NCBI GenBank assembly: GCA_963675915.1
Contig: OY780959.1
Span: 1,980,001-2,012,000, forward strand
Length of the DNA: 32,000 nucleotides
DNA from: Coprobacillaceae bacterium
GTDB lineage: Bacteria > Bacillota_I > Bacilli_A > Erysipelotrichales > Coprobacillaceae
Direction: 5' to 3'
The notes beneath the pieces are model-generated. The model searched no databases. It was given only the letters and a program-made list of their open reading frames with translations, and was not told the DNA's origin. The translations under genes were made by a program, and so were the position numbers. Positions 7,793 through 17,157 of the stretch are shown in pieces. Every line of letters begins with the position of its first letter. Position 1 is the stretch's first letter.

Positions 7793-8392
7793 CTATCCGT
7801 CAAACTTTTTTAAGTCTTTAAGCTTTCTATTGAGCCTCGCACTGGCGTTATAGACGGCTTTTATCGTCAAATCGAGTTCTTCGGCAATTTCCTTTGTACT
7901 GTAACCGTTCGCTCTAAGTACGAATATTTGCCCTTCCGTCTTGGAACAATTTTCATCCACAAACTCAACAACCTCTCTGATTGTATCCTTGAACTCAAGT
8001 TTATCGTCAGGCTTATACGTTTCATATTCTTGGGCAATTTTGACATTTCCGTAGTATTCATTAAGATCCTCATACGAAATACTATTATGGTTGTTTTGAT
8101 ATCTTAATTCATTACGAAAAGAGGTCTTGGTCTTATTGCGAAAAACCTTTGATATATATGTTTCCATCCGACATCCTTTGTCGTATCTGAAACTTCTGGA
8201 TATTCTCAAGATATCTTCAAGATTATTGGCAATTATTTCGTCAATATCCCAATATTTGATGTACCGATTCCGTTTAACTTCGGAGTAGGTGGTTATTTTT
8301 ATAATTTCCGTGACTTTTTTAATATACTCCTCGAATGCATACGGGCATCCTTGCAAATATAAATAATACAATTCCTCCAAACTATAACTCAT
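7793..8392 (-). CDS. Divergent sigma-70 family factor at the SigH locus (SigH/ComX-like), 199 aa
   Basis: The gene lies between rlmB and rpmG, as B. subtilis sigH does. The region 4 HTH is GYSTKEIAEELDLTIKAVYNASARLNRKLK. A region 2-like segment is ETYISKVFRNKTKTSFRNEL. An RBS GGGGAGG is present. Confidence 0.7.
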   Translation of the reverse strand: MSYSLEELYYLYLQGCPYAFEEYIKKVTEIIKITTYSEVKRNRYIKYWDIDEIIANNLEDILRISRSFRYDKGCRMETYISKVFRNKTKTSFRNELRYQNNHNSISYEDLNEYYGNVKIAQEYETYKPDDKLEFKDTIREVVEFVDENCSKTEGQIFVLRANGYSTKEIAEELDLTIKAVYNASARLNRKLKDLKKFDG

Positions 8393-8410
8393 AACCTTGC
8401 CTCCCCTTTT

Positions 8411-9130
8411 TTATTGAATCGGATTACGTGAATTGTAAACTTGGTAAAGCATTACAGCAGTTGCCACCGAAGCATTCAGGGAAGTAACATGTCCCTCCAT
8501 CGGCAAAATAACGCTGTAATCACAGTTCTTCTTAACCAATCTGGATATCCCCTTACCCTCTGATCCGATAACTAGAACAACCGGCATTTTATAGTCAACT
8601 TTTCGATAGTCAACCGAATTCTCCAAATCAACTCCAACGACCCAATATCCCTGTTGCTTCAAACTCTCCAAAGTTCGTGACAGGTTGGTAACCGCGGCCA
8701 CTTTAACATGGTCGATGGCTCCAGTAGATACTTTGGCAACTGTCGAATTAAGTCCGACTGAACGATTTTTCCCGATAATGACCCCATCGATATTCAGGGC
8801 ATCGCCACTTCTCAAAATGGCTCCCAGGTTATGAGGATCTTCCAGACCATCAAGCATGACAATCAATGGGTATTCCTTTTTCTTTCCAATCGCAACAATT
8901 TCTTCCACGCTCGAAAGCTGATACTCCTTGACTTCCCCGATCATTCCCTGATGATTTACCTTGCCAACCATCTTGAACGCTTTGTCTTTGTTGATCAGCT
9001 CCACTTTGATATTATTGCGTTTGCATAGATCGAGGACTTTGTCATCTTTATTCACGAGGTACACTTTTGTTGCACTTCGAACTTTGATGGCTTCGATCAC
9101 TGTGTTCTTTCCATATATATATTGTCTCAT
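8411..9130 (-). CDS. rlmB: 23S rRNA (guanosine-2'-O)-methyltransferase RlmB (TrmH/SpoU family), 239 aa
   Basis: The SpoU motifs LVIGSEGKGIS and ILPMEGHVTSLNASVA are present. The start is set at the ATG at 9130 (MRQYIYGKN) with RBS GGAGT. The ORF-track start at 9154 is a TTG with no SD. Confidence 0.88.
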   Translation of the reverse strand: MRQYIYGKNTVIEAIKVRSATKVYLVNKDDKVLDLCKRNNIKVELINKDKAFKMVGKVNHQGMIGEVKEYQLSSVEEIVAIGKKKEYPLIVMLDGLEDPHNLGAILRSGDALNIDGVIIGKNRSVGLNSTVAKVSTGAIDHVKVAAVTNLSRTLESLKQQGYWVVGVDLENSVDYRKVDYKMPVVLVIGSEGKGISRLVKKNCDYSVILPMEGHVTSLNASVATAVMLYQVYNSRNPIQ

Positions 9131-9162
9131 ATATACTCCTTCATTTTGTCTCAAATTCGTTC

Positions 9163-9540
9163 CTATTTAGTTTCATTGAACTTATAGAACAGGTTCAGTA
9201 TCTCCTGAATTCTGGCCTCATTTCCATTTAAGTGGTGATAGCCCAGAATCGCTTCAAACCCAGTCGAATGATGATGAGCGCCTTTTTTAGAACGGGCTTC
9301 TTTATGATTGCGTCCTCGTTTGTAGATACTCATTTCCTTTTCGTCAATCAGATTATGGGCAATCAGATGCTGCATGAACTGCAAGTGAGCATTTGCGCTT
9401 ACAAATCCCAAGGCAACCTTGTTCATTTCATTTACTTTTCCGATTTTTAAATCTTCGATAATGTGATAGCGGACATGCAATTCCAGGACGCTATCCCCAA
9501 GATAGGCCAACACCAACGGATTTTTCAAACTATGATCCAT
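9163..9540 (-). CDS. mrnC: Mini-ribonuclease III (MrnC/YazC), 125 aa
   Basis: LAYLGDSVLELHVR and STGFEAILGY resemble B. subtilis YazC. The start overlaps the cysS stop by 1 nt (TAATG). Confidence 0.88.
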   Translation of the reverse strand: MDHSLKNPLVLAYLGDSVLELHVRYHIIEDLKIGKVNEMNKVALGFVSANAHLQFMQHLIAHNLIDEKEMSIYKRGRNHKEARSKKGAHHHSTGFEAILGYHHLNGNEARIQEILNLFYKFNETK

Positions 9541-10880
9541 TAAATTATTCCACGCTCTTTCAATTCATCACGGAATTTATCCGCACTCTCAAAATCTTTG
9601 CGACTCTTGGCTTCCTGCCAATTGCGAAATAATTCGATATCTTGATCACTCAATTCCTTCACATCGACAACAAGCCCGATCAAATCCATCATTTTGACCA
9701 AGGTAGCATAGAGATCACTGATTACCTTGGAATCTTTATCTTTTTGGCGGGTTGCCTGATTAAGCTCTTTGACAATATCCAGTATTTTAGTCAGGGCCAG
9801 CGAAGTATTCAAATCATCAGCCAGAGCTTCAGCCATCTCGTCAACCTTGTTCTTATCGTATTGACCCGACCCTACTGCTTCCACTTGAAGATATAGACTC
9901 GTGCTTTTAAGAACGTTTTCTACCTTGCTTACTTCCTTTTGAACGCCTTGAAGAACTTCATCAGTAAAGTTGAGCGGATTGCGATAATGACTTGAAAGCA
10001 TCAGCCATTTATAGACATTGCATCCCAGCGTTGCTACCAGGTCCTTGGCCCACAAAACATTCCCTTTTGATTTTGACATTTTTTCGTTATTGATATTGAT
10101 CATTTGATTGTGCATCCAAGTATGGGCAATCGGATGGTCATGAAGGGCCATTGATTGGGCTATTTCATTTTCATGATGCGGGAACTTCAAATCCATTCCT
10201 CCGCCATGAATATCAATTTTGCCATTTTCAAAAATATCGTTAATCATGACCACACATTCACTATGCCATCCCGGACGTCCGGTTGACCATGGGGAATCAT
10301 AGCGAAGCCCATCATCAGTCTTTTTCCACAACGCAAAATCAGCTGATGATTCTTTTTTATTTTCATCATCAACCCTGTTACTAGCTCCAGCAATCAATTC
10401 ATCAAGTTGAATCTTTGAAAGCTGACCGTAGTCTTTTACCTTCGGCACTCTGAAGTAGACATCTCCATCAACTTCATAACCATAGCCTTTGTCGATCAAA
10501 TCCTGGATAAAATCAATGATCTCATCCATCGTTTCAGTGACTCTGGGACTGTAAGTTGGGAACTCGAGATTAAGTGCTTCTCTGACATCATTGTATGCTT
10601 GAATATATTTGTCAGAAAGTTCTTTCTCACTGATCCCTTCTTTTTTGGCTCCGGCAATTATCTTATCATCAACATCAGTGAAGTTGGAAACGAAAGTAAC
10701 ATCATATCCGTAGTATTCGAACATTCGACGCAACACATCGAAAACAATCATCGGACGGGTGTTTCCGATATGGATATAGTTGTAAACCGTTGGCCCACAA
10801 ACGTACATCGACACCTCATCTTTTTTTATCGACGTGAATTCCTCTTTTTTATTAGTCAAACTATTGAACAATTTTATCAT
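9540..10880 (-). CDS. cysS: Cysteine--tRNA ligase, 446 aa
   Basis: The class I motifs HIGN (YNYIHIGNTRP) and KMSKS (EKMSKSKGN) are present. The ATG immediately follows the stop of the upstream lipoprotein gene, and the SD GGGAGA lies inside that gene. Confidence 0.96.
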   Translation of the reverse strand: MIKLFNSLTNKKEEFTSIKKDEVSMYVCGPTVYNYIHIGNTRPMIVFDVLRRMFEYYGYDVTFVSNFTDVDDKIIAGAKKEGISEKELSDKYIQAYNDVREALNLEFPTYSPRVTETMDEIIDFIQDLIDKGYGYEVDGDVYFRVPKVKDYGQLSKIQLDELIAGASNRVDDENKKESSADFALWKKTDDGLRYDSPWSTGRPGWHSECVVMINDIFENGKIDIHGGGMDLKFPHHENEIAQSMALHDHPIAHTWMHNQMININNEKMSKSKGNVLWAKDLVATLGCNVYKWLMLSSHYRNPLNFTDEVLQGVQKEVSKVENVLKSTSLYLQVEAVGSGQYDKNKVDEMAEALADDLNTSLALTKILDIVKELNQATRQKDKDSKVISDLYATLVKMMDLIGLVVDVKELSDQDIELFRNWQEAKSRKDFESADKFRDELKERGII

Positions 10881-11393
10881 CTAAATTTCTCCCGTATCTA
10901 TCGATAGTGTTTCCAGGTAATTCACAATAACTTCACTGTTTTTATCATAAGCATCTGAAGTTGCCTGGTATCCATACACATATGTGTTTTCAGTAGTGAA
11001 ATAAACCAATTCACTAAAGCGAATTGACACATCACTATAAAGTCCTGTAATCAAATAACAATCCAATCCGCTGTCGATTATCGGTTTGGAAACAGATATT
11101 ATTTGCGCTCCGTCCTGCTCCAGCATCCCGATATACAGGTCATCCAAATCCTCCAATAGATTCTGTGAATCATCTTCGATTACTTCATAATAAATGCTTT
11201 GGTCTTCATAAGCAAAGGAAACTTTATTTCCAGTAGCCTCGATCAGTTCAAATGTATCAGGGTAGTAAAATGAAATATTATCATTGATAGTATATTCAGT
11301 TCCGTTTTTTACAGTGTTATCGCTAATTTCTTCGCTTTGACAACCTGTAAGCAACAGAATCAAGGCAGCTGCAATGAAACAATTTTTTTTCAT
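10881..11393 (-). CDS. Acidic lipoprotein of unknown function, 170 aa
   Basis: The start is set at MKKNCFIAAALILLLTGC, a signal peptide with lipobox LTGC, behind RBS AAAGGAGG. The ORF-track start at 11444 adds 17 aa with no SD. I recognise no domain. Confidence 0.75.
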   Translation of the reverse strand: MKKNCFIAAALILLLTGCQSEEISDNTVKNGTEYTINDNISFYYPDTFELIEATGNKVSFAYEDQSIYYEVIEDDSQNLLEDLDDLYIGMLEQDGAQIISVSKPIIDSGLDCYLITGLYSDVSIRFSELVYFTTENTYVYGYQATSDAYDKNSEVIVNYLETLSIDTGEI

Positions 11394-11412
11394 AAGAAAA
11401 CCTCCTTTGATT

Positions 11413-11441
11413 ATTTTACTAAAATTATGACTCCAGTGCAA
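11413..11441 (-). promoter_or_regulatory. Candidate sigma-A promoter for lipoprotein-cysS-mrnC-rlmB (TTGCAC-17-TAAAAT)
   Basis: The -35 is at plus 11436-11441 and the -10 at plus 11413-11418. The predicted +1 falls just before the RBS, so there is no room for a T-box leader. Confidence 0.45.
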
Positions 11442-11516
11442 CACTTACAAAGAACATGGTTACCTTGATGACATTTTAACGGGTAACAGTCTATATGTGA
11501 TAGTATTGCTTCGCAA

Positions 11517-11545
11517 CTAAAAAAGCGGAGGTATTGCTCCCCCGC
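11517..11545 (-). terminator. Rho-independent terminator after glgA
   Basis: The hairpin is GCGGGGG-agcaaua-CCUCCGC (plus 11525-11545), followed by U6. Confidence 0.8.
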
Positions 11546-11551
11546 CCATTT

Positions 11552-12979
11552 TTATAGCAATGATTGGAATATCTTGATATATTCGTCAGCCGATCTATCC
11601 CAGTCGAGTTTTGTTTTCATTCCCCGCTCAACAATTTCATCCCATGCTTCTTTATCATTATAGTAAACATGCAATGCATAGCGGATAGTATCATGCATTT
11701 CTTCCGCATTGAAATTAACAAAACTGAATCCCAGTCCGGTATTGCTTTCTTCATCATATGCCGGAACCGAATCTTTCAACCCTCCGGTTTCCCGAACGAT
11801 TGGTACTGATCCGTATCTTAGTGCCATCATCTGTGAAAGACCGCAAGGTTCGAATAGCGAAGGCATCAAGAACATGTCGGTACCTGCGTAGATTCGACAT
11901 GATAATCCAAAATCGTATTTCAGCTGCAAAGCCAGTCTGCCTGGATATTTGGAAGCAACATCCTTTAAGGCATCTTCATAATTTTGGTCGCCGGCACCCA
12001 AAATTACCACCTGGGTTTCCTCTTTCATGATCTCATCAATCTTATTAAGAATGATATCGAGACCTTTTTGTCTGGTCAGTCTGGTAACAATTCCAATCAA
12101 TGGCATTGCCACATCCTGTTCCAATCCGACTTCCGCTTGCAACTCCAATTTATTCTTGATTTTTTGGGTTTTGACAGTTTCAACGTCGTAATTTGCGATT
12201 ATATTCGGGTCTGTCGCCGGATTGTTAATATCATAATCAATCCCATTCAATATCCCGTACAAATCATATTTTCGAAGTTCCAGAACCGTATCCAAACCTT
12301 CCCCAAATTCAGGAGTCAAAATCTCCTGAGCATAGGTAGGCGATACCGTTGTGATAACATCGCTGTAGACAATTGCTGCTTTCATCATATTAAGACAACC
12401 ATCGTGACGCGCATTACCATTGTAGTAAAGGTAACTATCCAATCCAAACAGATCGGTAAGAAGTTTAGGATCACATTTGCCCTGATAGGCAATATTGTGA
12501 ATCGTGAAAACAACTTTGATATCTTCATATCCTGGGAAATAGCAATATCTTTCCTTGTAAAGCATGGAAATCATCGCCGTCTGCCAGTCATGAAGATGCA
12601 GAACATCAATATCAAGGTTCAAATGACTGATCAATTCCAGAACCGCAAAATCGAAATATGCAAATCTTTCGTTGTCATCATGGTACCCATATAGACCCGG
12701 GCGTTTATAATACATTTCGTTATCAATCAGGTAGTAGGTCACTCCATCACGTTCCATTTTGAAGACACCACAGTAAAGTTTGCGCCATCCGATATAAATA
12801 TCGTAAGAAGTGACATATTCCAGTTCATCATTGAGATTGATATCCTGATATTTTGGCAGTACGACAATTGGTTCGATTCCCTTTTTAGCCATTTCTTTTG
12901 GCAGGGCACCGATAACGTCAGCAAGACCTCCCGATTTGATAAAAGGAACAGCCTCAGAGGCAGCGAATAAAACTCTCAT
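11552..12979 (-). CDS. glgA: Glycogen synthase (ADP-glucose type), 475 aa
   Basis: The N-terminal KSGGLADV motif is present (FIKSGGLADVIGALP). The length and fold fit a GT5 enzyme. The gene follows glgD with a 1-nt TAATG overlap. Confidence 0.95.
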   Translation of the reverse strand: MRVLFAASEAVPFIKSGGLADVIGALPKEMAKKGIEPIVVLPKYQDINLNDELEYVTSYDIYIGWRKLYCGVFKMERDGVTYYLIDNEMYYKRPGLYGYHDDNERFAYFDFAVLELISHLNLDIDVLHLHDWQTAMISMLYKERYCYFPGYEDIKVVFTIHNIAYQGKCDPKLLTDLFGLDSYLYYNGNARHDGCLNMMKAAIVYSDVITTVSPTYAQEILTPEFGEGLDTVLELRKYDLYGILNGIDYDINNPATDPNIIANYDVETVKTQKIKNKLELQAEVGLEQDVAMPLIGIVTRLTRQKGLDIILNKIDEIMKEETQVVILGAGDQNYEDALKDVASKYPGRLALQLKYDFGLSCRIYAGTDMFLMPSLFEPCGLSQMMALRYGSVPIVRETGGLKDSVPAYDEESNTGLGFSFVNFNAEEMHDTIRYALHVYYNDKEAWDEIVERGMKTKLDWDRSADEYIKIFQSLL

Positions 12980-14088
12980 TAAACGACATCCCCTTCTTTA
13001 ACGTAAAGAGGTAATTGTTTGTCTCCGATCAAATCTTTCTGGATTTTTACTTCTGAACGTTTATCCATGATTGTATTGACAACCACTGCGCCGTCAGCGA
13101 TTTTCGCTCCGGTGAAGATGATTGAATTTTTAACGATTGCCCCTTTACCAATGCGAACACCACGGCCGATAATACTGTTTTCAACTGTACCTTCGATAAT
13201 CGCTCCATTAGCAATAAATGATTTTTTCACCGATGCAAATTTCAGATATTTAGCCGGAGGTGTATCGTTGGTCAAGGTATAGATTGGCCAGTTTGCTTTG
13301 AAAACTGCCGAAGAAATATCCAAATTCAAGAATTCAAGAGAAATCTTGTAATAGTTTTCCAGCGAATCCACATAACGAGCATATCCACGATATTCATAAG
13401 CATGAATTTTTTTCTCATTGACATAGTAAGCCAAGGCATCTTTCAGTTTGAAGAATGAAGAAACTTTTTTGGCATCTCGGATAATGTCAAGCAAGGCATC
13501 CTTGTTGACAACATAAGTTTCTAAAGAAACGTCGGCAACATCCAAAATTCCTTTGTTGGTATCGAATCGCGTTACTACCCCATTGTCTTCTCTTAAGGTC
13601 TGCGCTCCGATGAAACTTTCAGAACCATTGGTAATATGTTGGTAGGCCACGGTTATTTTCGCTCCTGATTTTTCATGAGCGGCAATAACATCCTCAAAAT
13701 TCATGGTAGTCAGAATGTGAGCCGGTGCAATGACAACATATTCCGGATTTTCAGATTGAATGAAATGAATATTTTCATCCAAGTTATTCAAATCATGGTT
13801 GTATTTTTTGTTGTTGGCATATTTTTCATTATATAAGAAAGAAATCCCACCAGCTTTCGAGTTAAAATCCCAAGAATTTCCACCACCAAGATGTTTAAAC
13901 AGTGAACGTGGTTTTTCTTGAATCAAAACACCAACCGAATCAATGTTCGAATTTGAAAAGTTTGAAAGCACGAAATCAATAATTGCATAACGTCCTAAAA
14001 AACTAACTGACGCACCTGGTCTTCTTTCTGTCAAGCCATCATAGCTTGTTTCTGTATGTAAATTGACAATTCCGATTACTTTTGGCAT
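12979..14088 (-). CDS. glgD: Glucose-1-phosphate adenylyltransferase regulatory subunit GlgD, 369 aa
   Basis: It is a GlgC paralogue with a degenerate N-terminal nucleotide-binding loop and a C-terminal left-handed beta-helix. It sits between glgC and glgA, as in Firmicutes. Confidence 0.88.
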   Translation of the reverse strand: MPKVIGIVNLHTETSYDGLTERRPGASVSFLGRYAIIDFVLSNFSNSNIDSVGVLIQEKPRSLFKHLGGGNSWDFNSKAGGISFLYNEKYANNKKYNHDLNNLDENIHFIQSENPEYVVIAPAHILTTMNFEDVIAAHEKSGAKITVAYQHITNGSESFIGAQTLREDNGVVTRFDTNKGILDVADVSLETYVVNKDALLDIIRDAKKVSSFFKLKDALAYYVNEKKIHAYEYRGYARYVDSLENYYKISLEFLNLDISSAVFKANWPIYTLTNDTPPAKYLKFASVKKSFIANGAIIEGTVENSIIGRGVRIGKGAIVKNSIIFTGAKIADGAVVVNTIMDKRSEVKIQKDLIGDKQLPLYVKEGDVV

Positions 14089-14100
14089 ATCAAACTCCCC

Positions 14101-15228
14101 CTATCCTTCTTGATTTGAAACCAACATTACTTCGTTAGCTTCTTCGTTTATTACTTTGCCTGATTCTACAACCACACCTTCATCGATTATCGATTTTTTG
14201 ATAATTGCGCCTTCTTCAACAAGAACTCCAGGCATCAAAACTGAATCTTCGATAACAGCATCTTTTCCGATACTTACGCCACCGAACAATACCGAACCTT
14301 TAACTTTACCTTCAATCACACATCCTTGATTGATGATTGAATTGCAGATTTCTGCATCTTCGCCGATATATTGCGGTTTTGCCAGGGTATCTTCAGTATA
14401 AATCTTCCAATCACGTTTAATGTTGTAAAGATCTAATTCCGAATCTCCTAACAAATCCATATTTGCTTCCCATAATGAATCGACAGTACCAACGTCTTTC
14501 CAGTATCCATCAAATTCATAAGCATAGAGCATTTTTCCGTCATTAAGCATGTTAGGAATGATATTCATCCCAAAGTCATGTTGAGAGTTCTCATCCTTGG
14601 CATCTTCAATCAGATATTTTCTCAATTCTTGATATGTGTAGATATAAATCCCCATTGATGCCAATGTTGATTTTGGATGTTCCGGTTTTTCTTCGAACTC
14701 ATAGATAGTTCCGTCTTCATTAGTATTCATTATCCCAAAACGAGTTGCTTCTTCCATTGTTACGTTCAATACGGCAATAGTCGCATCCGCACCTTTGGCT
14801 TTGTGAGCTTCCAACATTTTCGAATAATCCATTTTATAAATATGATCTCCTGATAATATCAGAACATATTCCGGATTTTGTTCATCCAGGAATTCAATAT
14901 TTTGATAGATGGCATCAGCAGTACCTACATACCAAGTGGCCCCTACGCCACCACGTTCACGAGCTGGTAAAACCGCAGCTTGTGACTGCTTTCCATCTAG
15001 ACCCCATTTTGTCCCAGCGCCTACATACGTACCCAACAATACCGATTCATATTGTGTCAACACTCCGACAACATCGATAGCTGAATTGGAACAGTTACTT
15101 AACGGAAAATCAATAATCCGATATTTACCTCCAAAGTGTACAGCTGGTTTCGCAACACTGACAGTCAACGCTTTTAAACGTGTCCCACGACCACCAGCCA
15201 AAATCATTGCTACAATCTCTTTACCCAT
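14101..15228 (-). CDS. glgC: Glucose-1-phosphate adenylyltransferase GlgC, 375 aa
   Basis: The motif [14 protein letters not shown] is present, with a C-terminal LbH domain and an RBS AAGGAGG. Confidence 0.95.
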   Translation of the reverse strand: MGKEIVAMILAGGRGTRLKALTVSVAKPAVHFGGKYRIIDFPLSNCSNSAIDVVGVLTQYESVLLGTYVGAGTKWGLDGKQSQAAVLPARERGGVGATWYVGTADAIYQNIEFLDEQNPEYVLILSGDHIYKMDYSKMLEAHKAKGADATIAVLNVTMEEATRFGIMNTNEDGTIYEFEEKPEHPKSTLASMGIYIYTYQELRKYLIEDAKDENSQHDFGMNIIPNMLNDGKMLYAYEFDGYWKDVGTVDSLWEANMDLLGDSELDLYNIKRDWKIYTEDTLAKPQYIGEDAEICNSIINQGCVIEGKVKGSVLFGGVSIGKDAVIEDSVLMPGVLVEEGAIIKKSIIDEGVVVESGKVINEEANEVMLVSNQEG

Positions 15229-15266
15229 AGTTTCATCCTCCTTATAATGTAAGCGATTTCAGACTA

Positions 15267-15295
15267 ATTATACCACAGAAAATAACATTTTGACA
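15267..15295 (-). promoter_or_regulatory. Candidate extended -10 promoter of glgCDA (TGgTATAAT)
   Basis: The minus strand reads TGGTATAAT at plus 15267-15275. The -35 is weak (TGTCAA, plus 15290-15295, 17-nt spacer). It lies about 40 nt upstream of the glgC ATG. Confidence 0.5.
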
Positions 15296-15310
15296 GCCAA
15301 AACAAAGTAC

Positions 15311-15339
15311 AAAAAAACGCCCTAAAAATCAAGGCGTTT
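15311..15339 (-). terminator. Rho-independent terminator after folC
   Basis: The stem AAACGCC/GGCGUUU (plus 15315-15321 and 15333-15339) has an 11-nt loop. On the minus transcript it is followed by a U-run. Confidence 0.6.
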
Positions 15340-15376
15340 ATCTTCCCAAAAAATAGATTCAGTTTTCACAATTGCT

Positions 15377-16516
15377 TTATTTGCCATGAAACCTACCCCC
15401 TAAATACTCTCTAGCACAAGAAACAAAATGAATACTTCCTGTCAGTATTATTGTATCATATTTTTTATATATTTTGGATACAGTATCGGTAAATTTTTCA
15501 TTTTTATTTCTCTTTTGTCTAAAATCGTGGAAACTACTATGATAAATCGGGTAGTTACCGAACAAACTGTTCATTGTAACCACATCTTTATCATCAAGAG
15601 CACTGAAAATTATTGCTACATTTGTCATTCCCTTGATCGATTCGACCAGAGCTTTGATTCCGGCCGGGTTATGAGAGCCGTCCAGAATGAATTTATCAAT
15701 CCGTTCGAAATGAAGCGGCAGACTGAATCCAGCCAGGGATTCCAACACTTTTTTACGCTCTAATTCAACCAGGCATCCGGCAATGGCAATAGCCAGAGCT
15801 CCGTTGCCTTGTTGATAACCTGGCTCAAAATTGAATTCCAAAACTTCTCCGTCCAAAATTATCTTAGTCGGATCGACCTTGACAAACTTGGTATTCAGCT
15901 CCTGGCAGCGCTGCGCCATCAGTGAAGTCATTTTCGGATTCGTCTCTGTTGTCACAAAGATGGAATCATTCCTGATTATCCCCATTTTGTTGACACAAAT
16001 CTCTTCAATCGTATTCCCCAGCATTTCCTGATGATCCAAGGCAACATTGGTGATAGCACTGATTTTAGAGTTGAAAATATTGGTCTTGTCATTAAGACCT
16101 CCGATTCCGGCCTCAAATATCAGATAATCGAGGTCCTTGTCCTTGAACCATTCCAAAGCAATCAAAAGATCAATTTCAAACATCGACAAATTTTCTGTTT
16201 TGATTATGTCTAGAAGATTGTTGATTATTGACAACAGATCATTATCGCCGATCATTTCACCATCGATACAGACTCGATCATTGTGTTTTACCAGATATGG
16301 CGAGGTAAAGGTCCCAACCCGGTAACCGTGATTGTTCAAAATTAATTGGAGGTATTTTGTCGTCGATCCTTTTCCGTTGGTTCCCGTTATATGAATCACA
16401 TTTTCGTAATCTCGCTTGAACCCGTATTTTTCAAGTGTTTCCTTGAATTGTTCGAGGGTTCTTTTGATTCTTTGGTTTTCAATAAAATCCAAAGCTTGTC
16501 TTAGATTTTCAAACAC
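15377..16516 (-). CDS. folC: Folylpolyglutamate synthase/dihydrofolate synthase-like Mur-ligase family protein, 379 aa
   Basis: The P-loop is HITGTNGKGST and the middle domain is of Mur-ligase type. The GTG start (MFENLRQALDFI) has SD AGGAGAA 8 nt upstream and lies inside the 3' end of ung (16-nt overlap). The protein is somewhat short for FolC (usually ~420 aa). Confidence 0.82.
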   Translation of the reverse strand: MFENLRQALDFIENQRIKRTLEQFKETLEKYGFKRDYENVIHITGTNGKGSTTKYLQLILNNHGYRVGTFTSPYLVKHNDRVCIDGEMIGDNDLLSIINNLLDIIKTENLSMFEIDLLIALEWFKDKDLDYLIFEAGIGGLNDKTNIFNSKISAITNVALDHQEMLGNTIEEICVNKMGIIRNDSIFVTTETNPKMTSLMAQRCQELNTKFVKVDPTKIILDGEVLEFNFEPGYQQGNGALAIAIAGCLVELERKKVLESLAGFSLPLHFERIDKFILDGSHNPAGIKALVESIKGMTNVAIIFSALDDKDVVTMNSLFGNYPIYHSSFHDFRQKRNKNEKFTDTVSKIYKKYDTIILTGSIHFVSCAREYLGGRFHGK

Positions 16517-17157
16517 CAGTCAATTTCTCCTAAATCGTTATTCTTCAAAAATTCATTTGCCCGGCTGAACGGTTTCGATCCAAAGAATCCCCGGTAAGCA
16601 CTTAAAGGCGATGGATGCGGTGATTCAATCACCAGATGCCGTGCATCCAGATATTTCTTCTTGGTTTGGGCATTCTTGCCCCACAAGACGAACACAACTG
16701 GATGATTGGAATTGTTTATTTCCTTGATGATATTCAAAGTGAACTCCTGCCACCCATAAGTAGAGTGACTGTTGGCAAGTCCCTCCTGAACGGTTAGAAC
16801 ATTGTTGATCAACAGAACCCCCTGTCGGGCCCAGATACTTAAATCGCCATGTTCAACAATATCACATCCGATATCCTCATTGAGTTCCCGATAGATATTT
16901 CGCAAACTTGGAGGAAGTTTCACCCCCTCATTGACACTGAAAGCCAAACCATTGGCCTGGTGCTGTTCATGATATGGGTCCTGACCAATTATCACGACCT
17001 TGACTTGGGGAAGGTCGCATAATTCAAAGGCGTTGAAGATTTTATCTCTTGGTGGAAAGATTGTGTTTTCCTGATATGCAGTTGCGACTTTGATCATCAA
17101 ATCAGCATAATATTCCTTGTCCTTTTCCCTGGTCAAAAAATCACTGAAACTAATCAT
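16501..17157 (-). CDS. ung: Uracil-DNA glycosylase, ~218 aa
   Basis: The family 1 UDG motifs GQDPYH and HPSPLS are present. The start is taken as the ATG at 17157 (MISFSDFL), which overlaps the upstream HAD stop as ATGATTAG. The ORF-track TTG at 17166 remains possible. Confidence 0.93.
   Translation of the reverse strand: MISFSDFLTREKDKEYYADLMIKVATAYQENTIFPPRDKIFNAFELCDLPQVKVVIIGQDPYHEQHQANGLAFSVNEGVKLPPSLRNIYRELNEDIGCDIVEHGDLSIWARQGVLLINNVLTVQEGLANSHSTYGWQEFTLNIIKEINNSNHPVVFVLWGKNAQTKKKYLDARHLVIESPHPSPLSAYRGFFGSKPFSRANEFLKNNDLGEIDWCLKI

Noticed and set aside
9131-9154. Over-extended ORF-track N-termini: rlmB 9154, lipoprotein 11444, divIC 18399, yheO-like 21974, nfnB 23587, RpiR-1 25930, DeoR 27670.
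   Set aside because: Each extension starts at a non-ATG codon or an ATG lacking an SD, or it runs into the upstream gene or its SD. In each case an internal ATG with a good SD and a homologue-like N-terminus was chosen instead.
10881-11551. A T-box leader expected upstream of cysS.
   Set aside because: I looked for a specifier loop, an AGAGA/GA motif and the conserved T-box 14-mer and found none. The region is occupied by a lipoprotein ORF and a short promoter region.
11984-12694. A 236-aa plus-strand ORF.
   Set aside because: It lies entirely antisense to the well-supported glgA gene. It has no SD, and its composition (Ile/Phe/Asn/Gln-rich) is that of a shadow frame. It is treated as spurious.
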